Origin: Acidobacteriota bacterium
Lineage (GTDB): Bacteria > Acidobacteriota > Thermoanaerobaculia > UBA5066
Direction of reading: 5' to 3'
NCBI GenBank assembly: GCA_039934255.1
Contig: JBDTML010000163.1
Coordinates: 1 to 63,376 of the forward strand
Length of the DNA stretch: 63,376 nt
The notes beneath the pieces were generated by a model. That model worked only from the letters and a program-made list of their open reading frames with translations. It was not told the origin of the DNA and did not search any database. Shown here one piece after another: positions 8,559 to 17,852 of the stretch. The position numbers and the translations under genes were made by a program. The first letter of the stretch is position 1. Each line of letters opens with the position of its first letter.

Positions 8559-10061
8559 ATGGTCCGCCTCACGCGCCAGGCCGGAGTCCTCCTGCACCCG
8601 ACATCCCTGCCGTCGCGCTTCGGCATGGGGGATCTGGGGCCGGCTGCCGACGCGTTCCTCGACTGGGCGTCCGAGGCGGGGCTGAAGCTCTGGCAGGTAC
8701 TGCCTCCGGGACCGACCGGTCCTCACCATTCCCCCTATGACGGCCTCTCGGCCTTCGCCGGCGATCCGCTTCTCGTCTCCCCCGAATGGCTCGTCGAGGA
8801 AGGTCTCCTGCCGGCCGGCGCCCTAGAGGGTGCCCCGGATTTCCCCGCGGGCCGCATCGACTGGGAGCGCGTCGTCCCGTTCCGCCGGCGCCTCCTCGAG
8901 GAGTCGTTTCGCCACGCGCGCTCCCTCGGCGGAAAGATCGAAGAAGAGATCGCGCGCTTCACGAGCGCCTCGTCGCAATCCGCATGGCTGGCCGATTGGG
9001 CGCTCTTCGCCGCTCTTCGCGAAAGGAACGAGGCGCGGCCCTGGACCGAATGGGATCCGGCCCTCCAGCACCGCGAAGAGGCCGCTCTCGCCGCGGCGCG
9101 TGCCGAGCTCGCCGCGGAAATCGGTTTCCACACCTACGCGCAATTCCTTTTCTTCCGGCAATGGCAACGGGTCAAGGCCGCCGCGAACGCGCGCGGCATC
9201 TCGATCCTCGGGGACATACCCATCTACGTCGCGGGGGACAGCGCCGACGTCTGGGCGCACCGCAGGCTTTTCGCCCTCGGAGACGACGGGCGGCCCGCCG
9301 CCGTGGCCGGCGTTCCTCCGGACGATTTCAGCGCGGACGGCCAGCTCTGGGGCCATCCCCTCTACCGGTGGAACGTCCTCGCCGACGAGGGGTACGACTG
9401 GTGGATCGAGCGGATTCGCCTGAATCTCCGGCTCGCTGATGCGGTGCGGCTCGACCACTTCCGGGGGTTCTCGGCCTACTGGGAAGTGCCCGCCGGCGCC
9501 GCGACCGCGCGCGAGGGACGCTGGGTGAACGGACCCGGCCTCATGCTCTTCATGGCCATCCAGCACGCGCTCGGTGACGTCGCTCTCGTGGCGGAAGACC
9601 TCGGCGTTCTCACGGACGAGGTGAGGCGGCTTCTCGAGGTCCTCGGCCTGCCGGGCATGAAGGTGCTCCAGTTCGCCTTCGGCGAGCTCGACAGCGAGCA
9701 CCTGCCGCACCATCACGTTTCCAACGGCGTCGTGTACACGGGCACGCACGACAACGACACGACGCGCGCCTGGTACGCGGCGCTCGACGACGACACGAAG
9801 ACGCGATTCCGCGACTACCTCGGCACGGACGGGAAGGACGCGGCCTGGGACCTCATCCGTGCCGCGTACGCTTCCGTCGCGGAGCGGGCGATCGTGCCCC
9901 TGCAGGACATCCTCGACCTCGGAGCGGAGGGCCGCATGAACGTTCCCGGGCGCACGGGCGAGAACTGGGACTGGCGGGCCGCGAAGGATGCGTTCTCGCC
10001 CGAGCGCGCCCGGCGCCTTCGTCGCCTCGCGGAGCTGACGGGGCGCGCCGGAGCCCTCTAG
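8559..10061 (+). CDS. malQ: 4-alpha-glucanotransferase (amylomaltase, GH77)
   Basis: The N-terminus RQAGVLLHPTSLPSRFGMGDLGPAADAFLDWASEAGLKLWQVLPPGPTG..SPYDGLSAFAGDPLLVSPE and the later motifs GDIPIYV and VVYTGTHDNDT are canonical MalQ motifs. Confidence 0.95.
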   Translation: MVRLTRQAGVLLHPTSLPSRFGMGDLGPAADAFLDWASEAGLKLWQVLPPGPTGPHHSPYDGLSAFAGDPLLVSPEWLVEEGLLPAGALEGAPDFPAGRIDWERVVPFRRRLLEESFRHARSLGGKIEEEIARFTSASSQSAWLADWALFAALRERNEARPWTEWDPALQHREEAALAAARAELAAEIGFHTYAQFLFFRQWQRVKAAANARGISILGDIPIYVAGDSADVWAHRRLFALGDDGRPAAVAGVPPDDFSADGQLWGHPLYRWNVLADEGYDWWIERIRLNLRLADAVRLDHFRGFSAYWEVPAGAATAREGRWVNGPGLMLFMAIQHALGDVALVAEDLGVLTDEVRRLLEVLGLPGMKVLQFAFGELDSEHLPHHHVSNGVVYTGTHDNDTTRAWYAALDDDTKTRFRDYLGTDGKDAAWDLIRAAYASVAERAIVPLQDILDLGAEGRMNVPGRTGENWDWRAAKDAFSPERARRLRRLAELTGRAGAL

Positions 10062-11374
10062 GTCCTCTCGCTTCCCGGAAAGCGGTCGGACGGGAGGAGG
10101 ATGACCGACTCCCCCAGCCCGCCCGCCGCGTTGCCCCCGCGATACGCCTCTTCCCCGTGCACCTGGCGGTCGAGGCCCTCCAGCTCGGCGCGAAGCTCGA
10201 CCCGCAGAGGCGTGACGGACTTGACGAGAAGGAGGACGGCGGCCGTGGCCACGGCCGTGTAGAGAAAGACGATCGCGACGGCGGCGATCTGGACACCGAG
10301 CAGCGCCGCGCCTCCCGCGAGGAGCCCGTTGCCGCCGTCCGGGTTCGCCGCCTTCGAGGCGAAGACGCCGGTCAGGATCGATCCCGTGATCCCGCCGATG
10401 CCGTGGCACGCGAAGACGTCGAGCGTGTCGTCGAGGGACGTGCGCCCCCGTAAGCGAAGGGCCGTGAAGCTCGCGAGCGCCGTGAGCGCCCCGATCGCGA
10501 TCGCCGAGAGCGGCGACACGAATCCGGCCCCCGGCGTGATGCCGACGAGCCCGACGACCGCGCCCGTCGCCGCGCCGACCGCCGTCGCATGGCCGCCGAA
10601 ATGGTTCTCGAGGAGGAGCCAGGTGAGAAGGGCTGCCGCCGCCCCGGCGTTCGTCGTGACGAACGCGAGCGACGCGACGCCGTTTGCCCCCAGCGCCGAT
10701 CCGGCGTTGAAACCGAACCACCCGAACCACAGCAGGCCCGAGCCGAGGAGCACGTACGGGACGTTGTGCGGGATCAGCGCGACACGCTTGTGGTCCTGGC
10801 GCGCGCCGAGCATGCGCGCGGCGACGAGCGCGGCCGTTCCGGCCGTCACGTGAACGACCGTGCCCCCGGCGAAGTCCAGCGCGCCCCACCCGCGCAGGAA
10901 TCCTCCCGTGCCCCAGACCCAGTGTGCGACGGGGGCGTACACGGCGAGACTCCAGAGACCGATGAAGAGAATGTACGCGCGAAAGCTCATCCGCTCGACG
11001 ATCGCGCCCGAGATCAGAGCGGGGGTGATCGTCGCGAACATGCCCTGGAAGACGAAAAATGCGAGGTGCGGAACCGTCGCGGCGTAGGCCGGCTCGGGGG
11101 CCGCGCCGACGCCGCCGAGTCCAAGCCACTTCAGCCCCCCGAGGAACGCCGAGCCCGGCGCGAACGCGAGCGAGTACCCGGCCAGCATCCAGAGGATTCC
11201 TCCGATGCCCATGGCCACGTACGTCATCATGAGCGTGTTGAGCGTGTTCTTCCGCCGCACGAGGCCGCTGTAGAAGAAGGCCAGCCCCGGGTTCATGACG
11301 AAAACGAGCGCGGCCGAGCCGAGAAGCCAGGCGGTATCGCCGGCGTTTATCGCGGGCAGAGCGGCGCCGTTCAC
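10058..11374 (-). CDS. amt: Ammonium transporter (Amt family)
   Basis: The sequence reads INAGDTAWLLGSAALVFVMNPGLAFFYSGLVRRKNTLNTLMM...FAGGTVVHVTAGTAALV...VFACHGIGGITGSILTGVF. GTG start with a GTGA overlap with glnK. Confidence 0.95.
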   Translation of the reverse strand: MNGAALPAINAGDTAWLLGSAALVFVMNPGLAFFYSGLVRRKNTLNTLMMTYVAMGIGGILWMLAGYSLAFAPGSAFLGGLKWLGLGGVGAAPEPAYAATVPHLAFFVFQGMFATITPALISGAIVERMSFRAYILFIGLWSLAVYAPVAHWVWGTGGFLRGWGALDFAGGTVVHVTAGTAALVAARMLGARQDHKRVALIPHNVPYVLLGSGLLWFGWFGFNAGSALGANGVASLAFVTTNAGAAAALLTWLLLENHFGGHATAVGAATGAVVGLVGITPGAGFVSPLSAIAIGALTALASFTALRLRGRTSLDDTLDVFACHGIGGITGSILTGVFASKAANPDGGNGLLAGGAALLGVQIAAVAIVFLYTAVATAAVLLLVKSVTPLRVELRAELEGLDRQVHGEEAYRGGNAAGGLGESVILLPSDRFPGSERT

Positions 11375-11772
11375 GAGGGGTCGCCCTTCGCGACACGGAT
11401 CGCGCGCGCCTGGACTTCGCCGGCCGAGACCGGCGTCAGCGCCTGGACGTCCTGCTCGCCGGTCCGGATCCGGATCACGCGGTCGAGCGGCTGGACGAAG
11501 ATCTTGCCGTCGCCGACCTCTCCCGTGCGGGCGCCCGCGATGATGGCCGCGATCGTGGCTTCGACAAAAGGCTCGGAGACGGCGATGTCGATGCGCACCT
11601 TCTCGACGAATTCGAAGACGATCGTCGTTCCGCGGTACTGCTCGACCGTTTCGTGCTCGCCGCCGTGCCCTTGCACGCGCGACAGGGAAATCCCCGTGAC
11701 ACCCATGCGGAACAGCTCAGCCTTCACGTCCGCGAGCTTTTCGGGGCGGATGATCGTCGTGATGAGTTTCAT
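11371..11772 (-). CDS. glnK: P-II nitrogen regulatory protein (GlnK/GlnB) with an extended C-terminus
   Basis: The sequence reads MKLITTIIRPEKLADVKAELFRMGVTGISLSRVQGHGGE..YRGTT...ARTGEVGDGKIFVQPLDRVIRIRTGE. It sits immediately upstream of amt. The product is 133 aa, versus about 112 aa typically. Confidence 0.92.
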   Translation of the reverse strand: MKLITTIIRPEKLADVKAELFRMGVTGISLSRVQGHGGEHETVEQYRGTTIVFEFVEKVRIDIAVSEPFVEATIAAIIAGARTGEVGDGKIFVQPLDRVIRIRTGEQDVQALTPVSAGEVQARAIRVAKGDPS

Positions 11773-11827
11773 GACGGCGCGTTGTATCGTCTTTCGAAGT
11801 CGAAGAGAAGGCTTGGTTGGAGGCTCG

Positions 11828-12409
11828 GTGGTTCGAACGATCCGGGTAGAACCGGGGGGCGGGATCGGCTCGATCGGGGCCTACCCGGCCGGGGACGAAG
11901 AGGACGTGGCCCTGAAGGACGGCACGGCGGTGCACCTGCGGCCGATCAGGGACACCGACGAGGCGGGTCTCCTCTCTCTCTACGACCGCCTCTCGCCCGA
12001 AAGCCTCTATTTCCGCTTCTTCGCGGTACCCGACAAGGACCTGGGGAAGATCGCGTACCTCACGCACGTCGACTACGATCGGCGCTACGCGATCGTCGCC
12101 GAGACGGCGGGCGATGTCGTGGGCATCGCGCGCTGGGAGAGCCTCGCCGACCGGCCGGGCCACGTGGAAGTCGCGTTCACCGTGGCCGACGCCTTTCAGG
12201 GTCGCGGACTGGGCAGCATCCTCTTCCGGCGTCTCGCCGAGCTGGCGCGGGCGCGGGGAATCGCGGTCTTCGAGGCCGAGGTTCTGAAGAACAACGAGCG
12301 CATGCTGCGCGTCTTCGAGCGCACGGATCTCCCGACGGCGACGCGCGACCAGGGGAGCATCCTGACGATCCTCATGGCGCTCGACCCGCTGGCGCCCCCG
12401 CCCGCCTGA
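11828..12409 (+). CDS. GNAT family N-acetyltransferase
   Basis: The last 193 aa of shadow ORF 10589..12409 read ..YFRFF..IVAETAGDVVGIARWE...VEVAFTVADAFQGRGLGSILFRRLAELARARGIAVFEAEVLKNNERMLRVFER (acetyl-CoA motif Q/RxxGxG). GTG at 11828 is preceded by GGAGG at 11819-11823. Confidence 0.8.
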   Translation: MVRTIRVEPGGGIGSIGAYPAGDEEDVALKDGTAVHLRPIRDTDEAGLLSLYDRLSPESLYFRFFAVPDKDLGKIAYLTHVDYDRRYAIVAETAGDVVGIARWESLADRPGHVEVAFTVADAFQGRGLGSILFRRLAELARARGIAVFEAEVLKNNERMLRVFERTDLPTATRDQGSILTILMALDPLAPPPA

Positions 12410-12440
12410 TCCGGCGCCGTATCCCTATACTTGCCGCGCG

Positions 12441-13583
12441 GTGGCCGCGGAACCACTTCCCAAGAGCATCGGCCGGTACGAGATTGTCCGTCTGCTCGGC
12501 CGGGGCGGCATGGGCGAGGTCTACCTCGCGACGGATTCCGCGCTGGGCCGCCAGGTCGCCATCAAGATTCTCCCGGCCGCCCTTCAGAGCGACGCGAAGA
12601 TGCGCGGGCGTTTCATGAATGAAGCACGCGCCGTCGCGGCACTGAACCATCCCAACGTGATCACGATCCACGACCTCGCGACGACGGACGCGCGCGACAC
12701 AGGAGTGCCTCCCGGAGCCCTCTATCTCGTCCTCGAGTACCTCGAAGGCGAGGGACTGGACGAGATCATGGACAGGAGGCGCCTCTCGGTCTCGGAGTGC
12801 CTCGACATCGCGATTCAGGCGCTCGAGGGCCTCAAGGTGGCGCATCAGAGCCGCATCCTGCATCGGGACGTCACCCCCTCGAACCTCATGCTCGCGCCCA
12901 ACGGCCACGTTAAGGTGCTCGACTTCGGGCTGAGCAAGATCCTCTCCGAGGGCGCCCGCGACGCGTCGCGGACTCACCTTCACACGGGAGAAGGGATGAT
13001 CGTCGGCACCCTCGACTACCTGTCGCCGGAACAGGCCCTCGGCAACCCCCTGGACGAGAGGTCCGACCTCTTCTCCCTGGGCATCGTCTTCTACCAGATG
13101 CTGTCCGGCGTGCACCCGTTCTCGGGCGCGAGCGTGACGCAGATGGTGGCCAAGATGATGACGAAGGAAGCCGATCCCTGGCCGGAGCCCGACCTCGTGC
13201 CCGAAAGCCTCAAGCAGATCGTCGCGCGCGCCCTCCGCAAAGACCCGGCCGAACGTTACGGCAGCGCGGGCCAGATGATTCTCGACCTCGTGGTTGCGCG
13301 GCGCGATCTGCACGCCCGGCCCGCGAGGGGAGCCGTCACGCGCGAAGTTCCCGCCCTCGCCCCCGTCTCCGCCTCCGTCGCCGACTCCACGGCGCCCCTC
13401 CGGAGGCCCCGCTCCACGGCCGCGGCCGTGACCAGCGAAATGCCCGTACCGCGGAAGGGGCCTCTGCTCCTCCTCCTCGGAGCGAGTCTCGTGTTGATCG
13501 CCGGGACCGCCGTTTTCGCGGCCCGGGGCTGCGGCCGATTCCGGACGCTCGCGCCCCGCGCCGGAGCTTCGATCTTGAGATAG
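12441..13583 (+). CDS. Serine/threonine protein kinase (Hanks type) with a C-terminal TM anchor
   Basis: Motifs present: GRGGMGEVYLA (P-loop), VAIKIL, HRDVTPSNLM (catalytic loop), DFGLSK, and GTLDYLSPEQ. The C-terminal hydrophobic segment is LLLLLGASLVLIAGTAVFAA. GTG start. Confidence 0.92.
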   Translation: MAAEPLPKSIGRYEIVRLLGRGGMGEVYLATDSALGRQVAIKILPAALQSDAKMRGRFMNEARAVAALNHPNVITIHDLATTDARDTGVPPGALYLVLEYLEGEGLDEIMDRRRLSVSECLDIAIQALEGLKVAHQSRILHRDVTPSNLMLAPNGHVKVLDFGLSKILSEGARDASRTHLHTGEGMIVGTLDYLSPEQALGNPLDERSDLFSLGIVFYQMLSGVHPFSGASVTQMVAKMMTKEADPWPEPDLVPESLKQIVARALRKDPAERYGSAGQMILDLVVARRDLHARPARGAVTREVPALAPVSASVADSTAPLRRPRSTAAAVTSEMPVPRKGPLLLLLGASLVLIAGTAVFAARGCGRFRTLAPRAGASILR

Positions 13584-13656
13584 GCTTCACGCCAGCTTCA
13601 CACATCCACTGCACCGAGTGGTGACGATCATGCCGTTGTTCGAAGGAGGGATTTCG

Positions 13657-16611
13657 ATGTCTCGAGTGATTCGTTCTATCGCCGTATTCACGGTTGCCCT
13701 GGCGCTCGCTCTCGTGTGGCCCCCCGCACCGCTCTTTGCGCAGAGCAGCGCGGGATCCATCTCGGGCACCGTGGCCGACGCCTCCGGCGGGCCCCTCCCG
13801 GGCGCGAGCGTGACCGCGAAGAACACGAAGACGGGGTCCACGCGGACGACCGTCTCCAACGCCGCGGGAGCGTTCAACTTTCCGCTTCTCTCCGTGGGCG
13901 TCTATGGCGTGACCGCGGACCTCTCCGGCTTCGGCTCGGCGACGAAAACCGGAATCGAAGTAAACGTCGGCGGCGACGTCACGCTCAAGTTCGTGCTCGC
14001 TCTCTCGAGCGTGAAGACGGCGGTGACCGTCACCGAGGAGGCGCCGCTCATCGAGACGACGCGCACGCAGCAAAGCGCCGTCGTGAACGAGAATTACATC
14101 GCGAACCTCCCGACGAACGGGCGTAACTTCATCGATTTCGTCCTCACGACGCCGGGCGTCACGAAGGACCCGCGCCTCGGCGACATCAGCTTCGCCGGCC
14201 AGCGCGGCACGCTGAACAGCCTCGTGATCGACGGCGCCGACAACAACAACACGTTCTTCGGCCAGGCCCTCGGCCGCACCGGCTCGGGCCGCGCGCCCTA
14301 CCAGTTCAGCCAGGACGCCGTGAAGGAGTTCCAGGTCAACCGGAACGCGTACACGGCCGAGTACGGACGGGCAGGCGGCGCGGTCATCAACGTCGTGACG
14401 AAGTCGGGCACGAACGAGTTCCACGGAAGCGCGTTCGAGTTCTTCCGCGACAAGGGCATGAACGCGAACGACTACGTCAACGTGATCAACGGCCGCGACA
14501 AGAGCAACTACCACTACAACCAGTTCGGTGCGAGCTTCGGCGGGCCGATCCTCAAGGACAGGCTCTTCTTCTTCGCGAACTACGACGGGCAGCGCAACAC
14601 GAACGGGCAGCCCGTCATCCTTTCCACCGGCGCCCTCCCAACGGACGCGAACACCACGGCCGGTCTCGCGAAGCTCACCGCCGTCGCGGGCCCGTACGAC
14701 CGCGGCCAGAACCAGGACGTCTATCTCGCGAAGGCCGACTACGACGCGGGCTCCTCGACGCACGTCTCCGTGCGTTACAACCGCCAGGAGTTCACGGGCG
14801 TGAACAACGAGAACGGCGGCACGACACAGTCCGTCACGCACTCGGGCAACTCGCTCGTCAAGACGGATACCGTCACCGCCTCCCTCACGAATTCCTTCGG
14901 GGCATCGCTTTTCAACGAACTGCGCGGCCAGTACGCGAGGGACTCCGAGCCCGGCCTCGCGAACAGCGCGGACCCCGAGGCGCTGATTCAGGACGTCGGA
15001 AACTTCGCCTTCACGATCGGGCGGAACAACTTCAGCCCACGCGAGACGACGATCACCCGCTATCAGGTCGCCGACGCCGTGACGCTCCTGTTCGGAAACC
15101 ACGCCGTGAAGGGCGGTTTCGACTTCAATCGCGACCTGATCCTGAACTGGTTCCCCGGAAACTTCTCCGGCAGCTATACCTTCAACTCGATCGCCTCTTA
15201 CAACCTCGGACAACCCATCCGGTTCGTCCAGGCGTTCGGGGGCCCCGGAACGAGCGGCCCCTTCACGAACCCCGATCTCTCGGAGATCGGACTCTTCCTG
15301 CAGGACGAGTGGCGGCCGACCCCGAGCCTCACCCTCAACCTCGGCCTCAGGTACGACAAGCAGGGCATCGCGCAACCCACGGTGAGGAACCCGGACGCGC
15401 AGCTCCTCGCGGCGGGCATCGACACGAGCGTCATCAAGGAGGACACGAACAACGTCGCCGTCCGCCTCGGGTTCGCGTGGTCGCCGAAGGGCCAGGACGC
15501 CACGGTCGTGCGGGGCGGATACGGCATGTTCTACGGCCGGACGCCCTCGATCATGATCGGCACCGCGATGTCGAATAACGGAGTCAACGTGCAGACGCTG
15601 ACGTTCACGGGCGCCCAGATGCCGACGTACCCGAACATCTTCCCCTCGATCCCGACGGGCGTCGCCCTGCCGAAGCCGACGATCTTCGTCTTCGACCCGA
15701 ACTTCGAGAACCCGCTCGTCCACCAGGCGAGCCTCGGCATCGAGCATGCGATGTCGAACGACTACTCGGTCGGCCTGTCCTATCTCTACGTGAAGGGCAC
15801 CAAGCTCCAGCGCTCGACGGACATCAACGTCGGATCCCCATCCGTCGTCAACTTCACGGACGCCGCCGGGAACGTCTATCCCATCACGCGCTACGGCGCC
15901 GACCGTCCCTTCACGAACTTCGCGCGCGTCGTCCAGTTCCAGAGCACGGCGGAATCCAACTACAACGGCGTCACGCTCGAGCTCAACAAGCGCTTCTCGA
16001 ACAACTGGCAGGCGCGCGTCGCGTACACGTTCGGCAAGGTGCTCGACACGAAGCCCGACGCGACCTCGGTCGTCCCGGGCGGCGGCGACGACGCCAAACA
16101 GGCCTCCGACCCGAAGAACTTCCAGGCGGACTACGCCCCGGGAGACGCCGACCAGCGCCATCGCATCGTTTTCTCGGCCTACTGGAGCCTTCCGTACTAC
16201 CGCAGCGCGGGCGGTCTCGGGCAGGCCCTGTTCGGAGGATGGTCGCTCTCGGGGATCGTCACGCTCGCGAGCGGCCAGCCGTATTCGCCGATCCTCTCGC
16301 CGCTCAACGACATCAACAACGACGGAAACAACCGCAACGACCGCGCCCCGGGCTTCTCGCGCAATTCGTTCAACTACCCGACGTTCTTCTCGATCGACCC
16401 GCGCATCACGAAGGACGTCCCGCTCGGAGGGGTGACGCTCCAGGTGATTCTCGAGGCCTTCAACGTGTTGAATCGGTCGAACATCGTGAGCGTGAACCAG
16501 GGCTACTACGGTGCGAACGGAACGGTGCTCACGCCGCTCGCGAGCTTCGGCGCGCCGACCGCTTCGTTCGGCCCCCGCATCCTCCAGCTCGCCGCAAAAT
16601 TGATCTTCTGA
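13657..16611 (+). CDS. TonB-dependent-receptor-like outer-membrane protein with an N-terminal carboxypeptidase-regulatory-like domain
   Basis: The ATG at 13657 is preceded by GAAGGAGGG. The signal peptide is MSRVIRSIAVFTVALALALVWPPAPLFA/QS, followed by ISGTVADASGGPLPGASVTAKNTKTGSTRTTVSNAAGAFNF (CarboxypepD_reg). A plug-like segment (LPTNGRNFIDF) and a long beta-rich region follow, ending in a terminal Phe (..AAKLIF). Confidence 0.85.
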   Translation: MSRVIRSIAVFTVALALALVWPPAPLFAQSSAGSISGTVADASGGPLPGASVTAKNTKTGSTRTTVSNAAGAFNFPLLSVGVYGVTADLSGFGSATKTGIEVNVGGDVTLKFVLALSSVKTAVTVTEEAPLIETTRTQQSAVVNENYIANLPTNGRNFIDFVLTTPGVTKDPRLGDISFAGQRGTLNSLVIDGADNNNTFFGQALGRTGSGRAPYQFSQDAVKEFQVNRNAYTAEYGRAGGAVINVVTKSGTNEFHGSAFEFFRDKGMNANDYVNVINGRDKSNYHYNQFGASFGGPILKDRLFFFANYDGQRNTNGQPVILSTGALPTDANTTAGLAKLTAVAGPYDRGQNQDVYLAKADYDAGSSTHVSVRYNRQEFTGVNNENGGTTQSVTHSGNSLVKTDTVTASLTNSFGASLFNELRGQYARDSEPGLANSADPEALIQDVGNFAFTIGRNNFSPRETTITRYQVADAVTLLFGNHAVKGGFDFNRDLILNWFPGNFSGSYTFNSIASYNLGQPIRFVQAFGGPGTSGPFTNPDLSEIGLFLQDEWRPTPSLTLNLGLRYDKQGIAQPTVRNPDAQLLAAGIDTSVIKEDTNNVAVRLGFAWSPKGQDATVVRGGYGMFYGRTPSIMIGTAMSNNGVNVQTLTFTGAQMPTYPNIFPSIPTGVALPKPTIFVFDPNFENPLVHQASLGIEHAMSNDYSVGLSYLYVKGTKLQRSTDINVGSPSVVNFTDAAGNVYPITRYGADRPFTNFARVVQFQSTAESNYNGVTLELNKRFSNNWQARVAYTFGKVLDTKPDATSVVPGGGDDAKQASDPKNFQADYAPGDADQRHRIVFSAYWSLPYYRSAGGLGQALFGGWSLSGIVTLASGQPYSPILSPLNDINNDGNNRNDRAPGFSRNSFNYPTFFSIDPRITKDVPLGGVTLQVILEAFNVLNRSNIVSVNQGYYGANGTVLTPLASFGAPTASFGPRILQLAAKLIF

Positions 16612-16636
16612 ATCGGACGTCTCGAATGGCCTGAAC

Positions 16637-16706
16637 GTGTTTTCCTGCTTAGAAGGGTGTGTGAGCCCATCGCTCATTCATCCTTCTAGGCAATCGAGAA
16701 TTCCCT
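16637..16706. repeat. Inverted pair of the AT-rich 'CTTAGAAGG' repeat family (arms F1 and F2)
   Basis: tgCTTAGAAGG (16646-16656) and CCTTCTAGGca (16682-16692) can pair over 11 bp including one G-U, with a 25-nt loop. The left arm resembles the copies at 29426-29448 and 42231-42262. The pair lies between convergent genes, and the right arm encodes the last residues of the RluA-like protein. Confidence 0.55.
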
Positions 16707-17367
16707 CGTAATCCGCCGGCAGAGGCGCCGTGACGTCGATTCCCAATTCCGCGACCTCGATCCGCCAGGCGTGGAGCAGCGGATGTGTGAGCCGCGAGAG
16801 CGCCTCGCGCAGGGCGCGGTCCCTCACGCCATGCCAGCGGCTGGCGCCCCCGTAGAAGTCGTCGCCCACGATCGGGTGGCCATTCGCGGAAAGATGGACG
16901 CGGATCTGGTGCGTGCGTCCGGTTTCGGGGTGGAGCTCGAGATCGGCGAGCGACGGGAATCTCCCGAGCGTTGCGTAGAGCGTGACGGACGGCTTCCCGT
17001 CGGCCCAGACGCGCATCTTGCGCCCGTCCTTCGGGTCGCGCGCGAGCGCGAGGTCGATCGTCCCCTTCGCGGGCACCGGGTGGCCCCAGACGAGCGCACG
17101 GTACGTCTTCCGGGCGCGGCGCTCCTGAAGCGAGAGGCTGAGCGCGCGATGCGCGGCGGGGGTTTTCGCGAAGAGGACGACGCCCGACGTTCCCGCGTCG
17201 AGGCGGTGCACGAGAAGCGGGAGAGGGTCCGGCAGAGCGACCCCGCAGGCCGCCAGCAGACGCCGGACCGCATCTTCCGCGGACTTGCCCTCCTTCGAAG
17301 ACGTCGCCATCGAGACGCCAGGAGGCTTGTCGAGAGCCAGGACGTCTTCGTTCGCGAAGAGGATCAC
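16678..17367 (-). CDS. RluA family pseudouridine synthase
   Basis: The sequence reads ..ILFANEDVLALDKPPGVSM...LLVHRLDAGTSGVVLFAKT...TYRALVWG...GRTHQIRVHL.. (HRLD catalytic motif). GTG at 17367 overlaps the upstream stop as GTGA. The longer tracked ORF (to 17787) is Arg-rich and overlaps the upstream gene. Confidence 0.88.
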   Translation of the reverse strand: MILFANEDVLALDKPPGVSMATSSKEGKSAEDAVRRLLAACGVALPDPLPLLVHRLDAGTSGVVLFAKTPAAHRALSLSLQERRARKTYRALVWGHPVPAKGTIDLALARDPKDGRKMRVWADGKPSVTLYATLGRFPSLADLELHPETGRTHQIRVHLSANGHPIVGDDFYGGASRWHGVRDRALREALSRLTHPLLHAWRIEVAELGIDVTAPLPADYEGILDCLEG

Positions 17368-17852
17368 CGCGCCGGAAGCTCGTCCACGTTCGTCATGACG
17401 ACGCGGGATTCCGCGTAGATGACGCGCGACGCGTAGCGGCGCTTCTTCACGACTTTCGTCTCGACGAGAACCATCCGTCCCGACGCCAGGTCTTCGGGAA
17501 CGGACGCGTCCCTCGCGAGGGGGTATTTCACGAGCTGTCCCGCGGGTGACGTCACCGTGATCGATCTTCCCGGCACGTATCCCGTCACGGTCGACGCGGC
17601 CGAGCGCCCGAGCATGACGGGCTTGCCCGGGGCGAGGCCCGACTTCAGCCGGACGCGGCCGGCCGCCGGGAACGCGACGAGCGGCGGCGCGGAAACGGTC
17701 GGTCCGCCCTCGGGCGTCGGGGCGGAAGCGGGTGCCGTCGTTTCCGGGACGGGTGTCGGGGCGGCCTCCTGCGCGGAGAGCCGCCAACCGGTTAGCGCCA
17801 TCAGTGAACCGAAAGCGACGCGGAAAATGGACGGGAACGCGCCGGCTTTCAA
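17364..17852 (-). CDS. Secreted hypothetical protein (signal peptide, Pro/Thr-rich linker, small beta-rich domain)
   Basis: The N-terminus is MKAGAFPSIFRVAFGSLMALTGWRLSAQEA, followed by a PT-rich linker. The C-terminal domain is related to the upstream paralogue (GRSITVTSP..LA.D..VPEDLASGRMVLVE). Confidence 0.6.
   Translation of the reverse strand: MKAGAFPSIFRVAFGSLMALTGWRLSAQEAAPTPVPETTAPASAPTPEGGPTVSAPPLVAFPAAGRVRLKSGLAPGKPVMLGRSAASTVTGYVPGRSITVTSPAGQLVKYPLARDASVPEDLASGRMVLVETKVVKKRRYASRVIYAESRVVMTNVDELPAR

Noticed and set aside
10058-10061. malQ and amt stop codons overlapping as CTAG on opposite strands
   Set aside because: It is real but trivial. Convergent stop overlap is common in compact genomes, and there is no evidence of function.
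8823-11396. 857-aa ORF on the minus strand spanning malQ and amt
   Set aside because: The translation is extremely Arg/Gly/Pro-rich with no motifs. It is antisense to malQ and out of frame with amt, both of which have unmistakable motifs. This is a typical high-GC shadow ORF.
13336-16677. 1113-aa ORF antisense to the TonB-dependent-receptor-like gene
   Set aside because: The translation is low-complexity and rich in Arg, Glu, Val and Asp, with no recognisable domain. The plus-strand gene has a signal peptide, a CarboxypepD_reg domain and a terminal Phe. It is a shadow ORF.
16646-16692. Inverted repeat between the convergent TonB-dependent-receptor-like and RluA genes as a bidirectional intrinsic terminator
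   Set aside because: The loop is 25 nt and neither side has a U-tract. I report it as a copy pair of the AT-rich repeat family instead.
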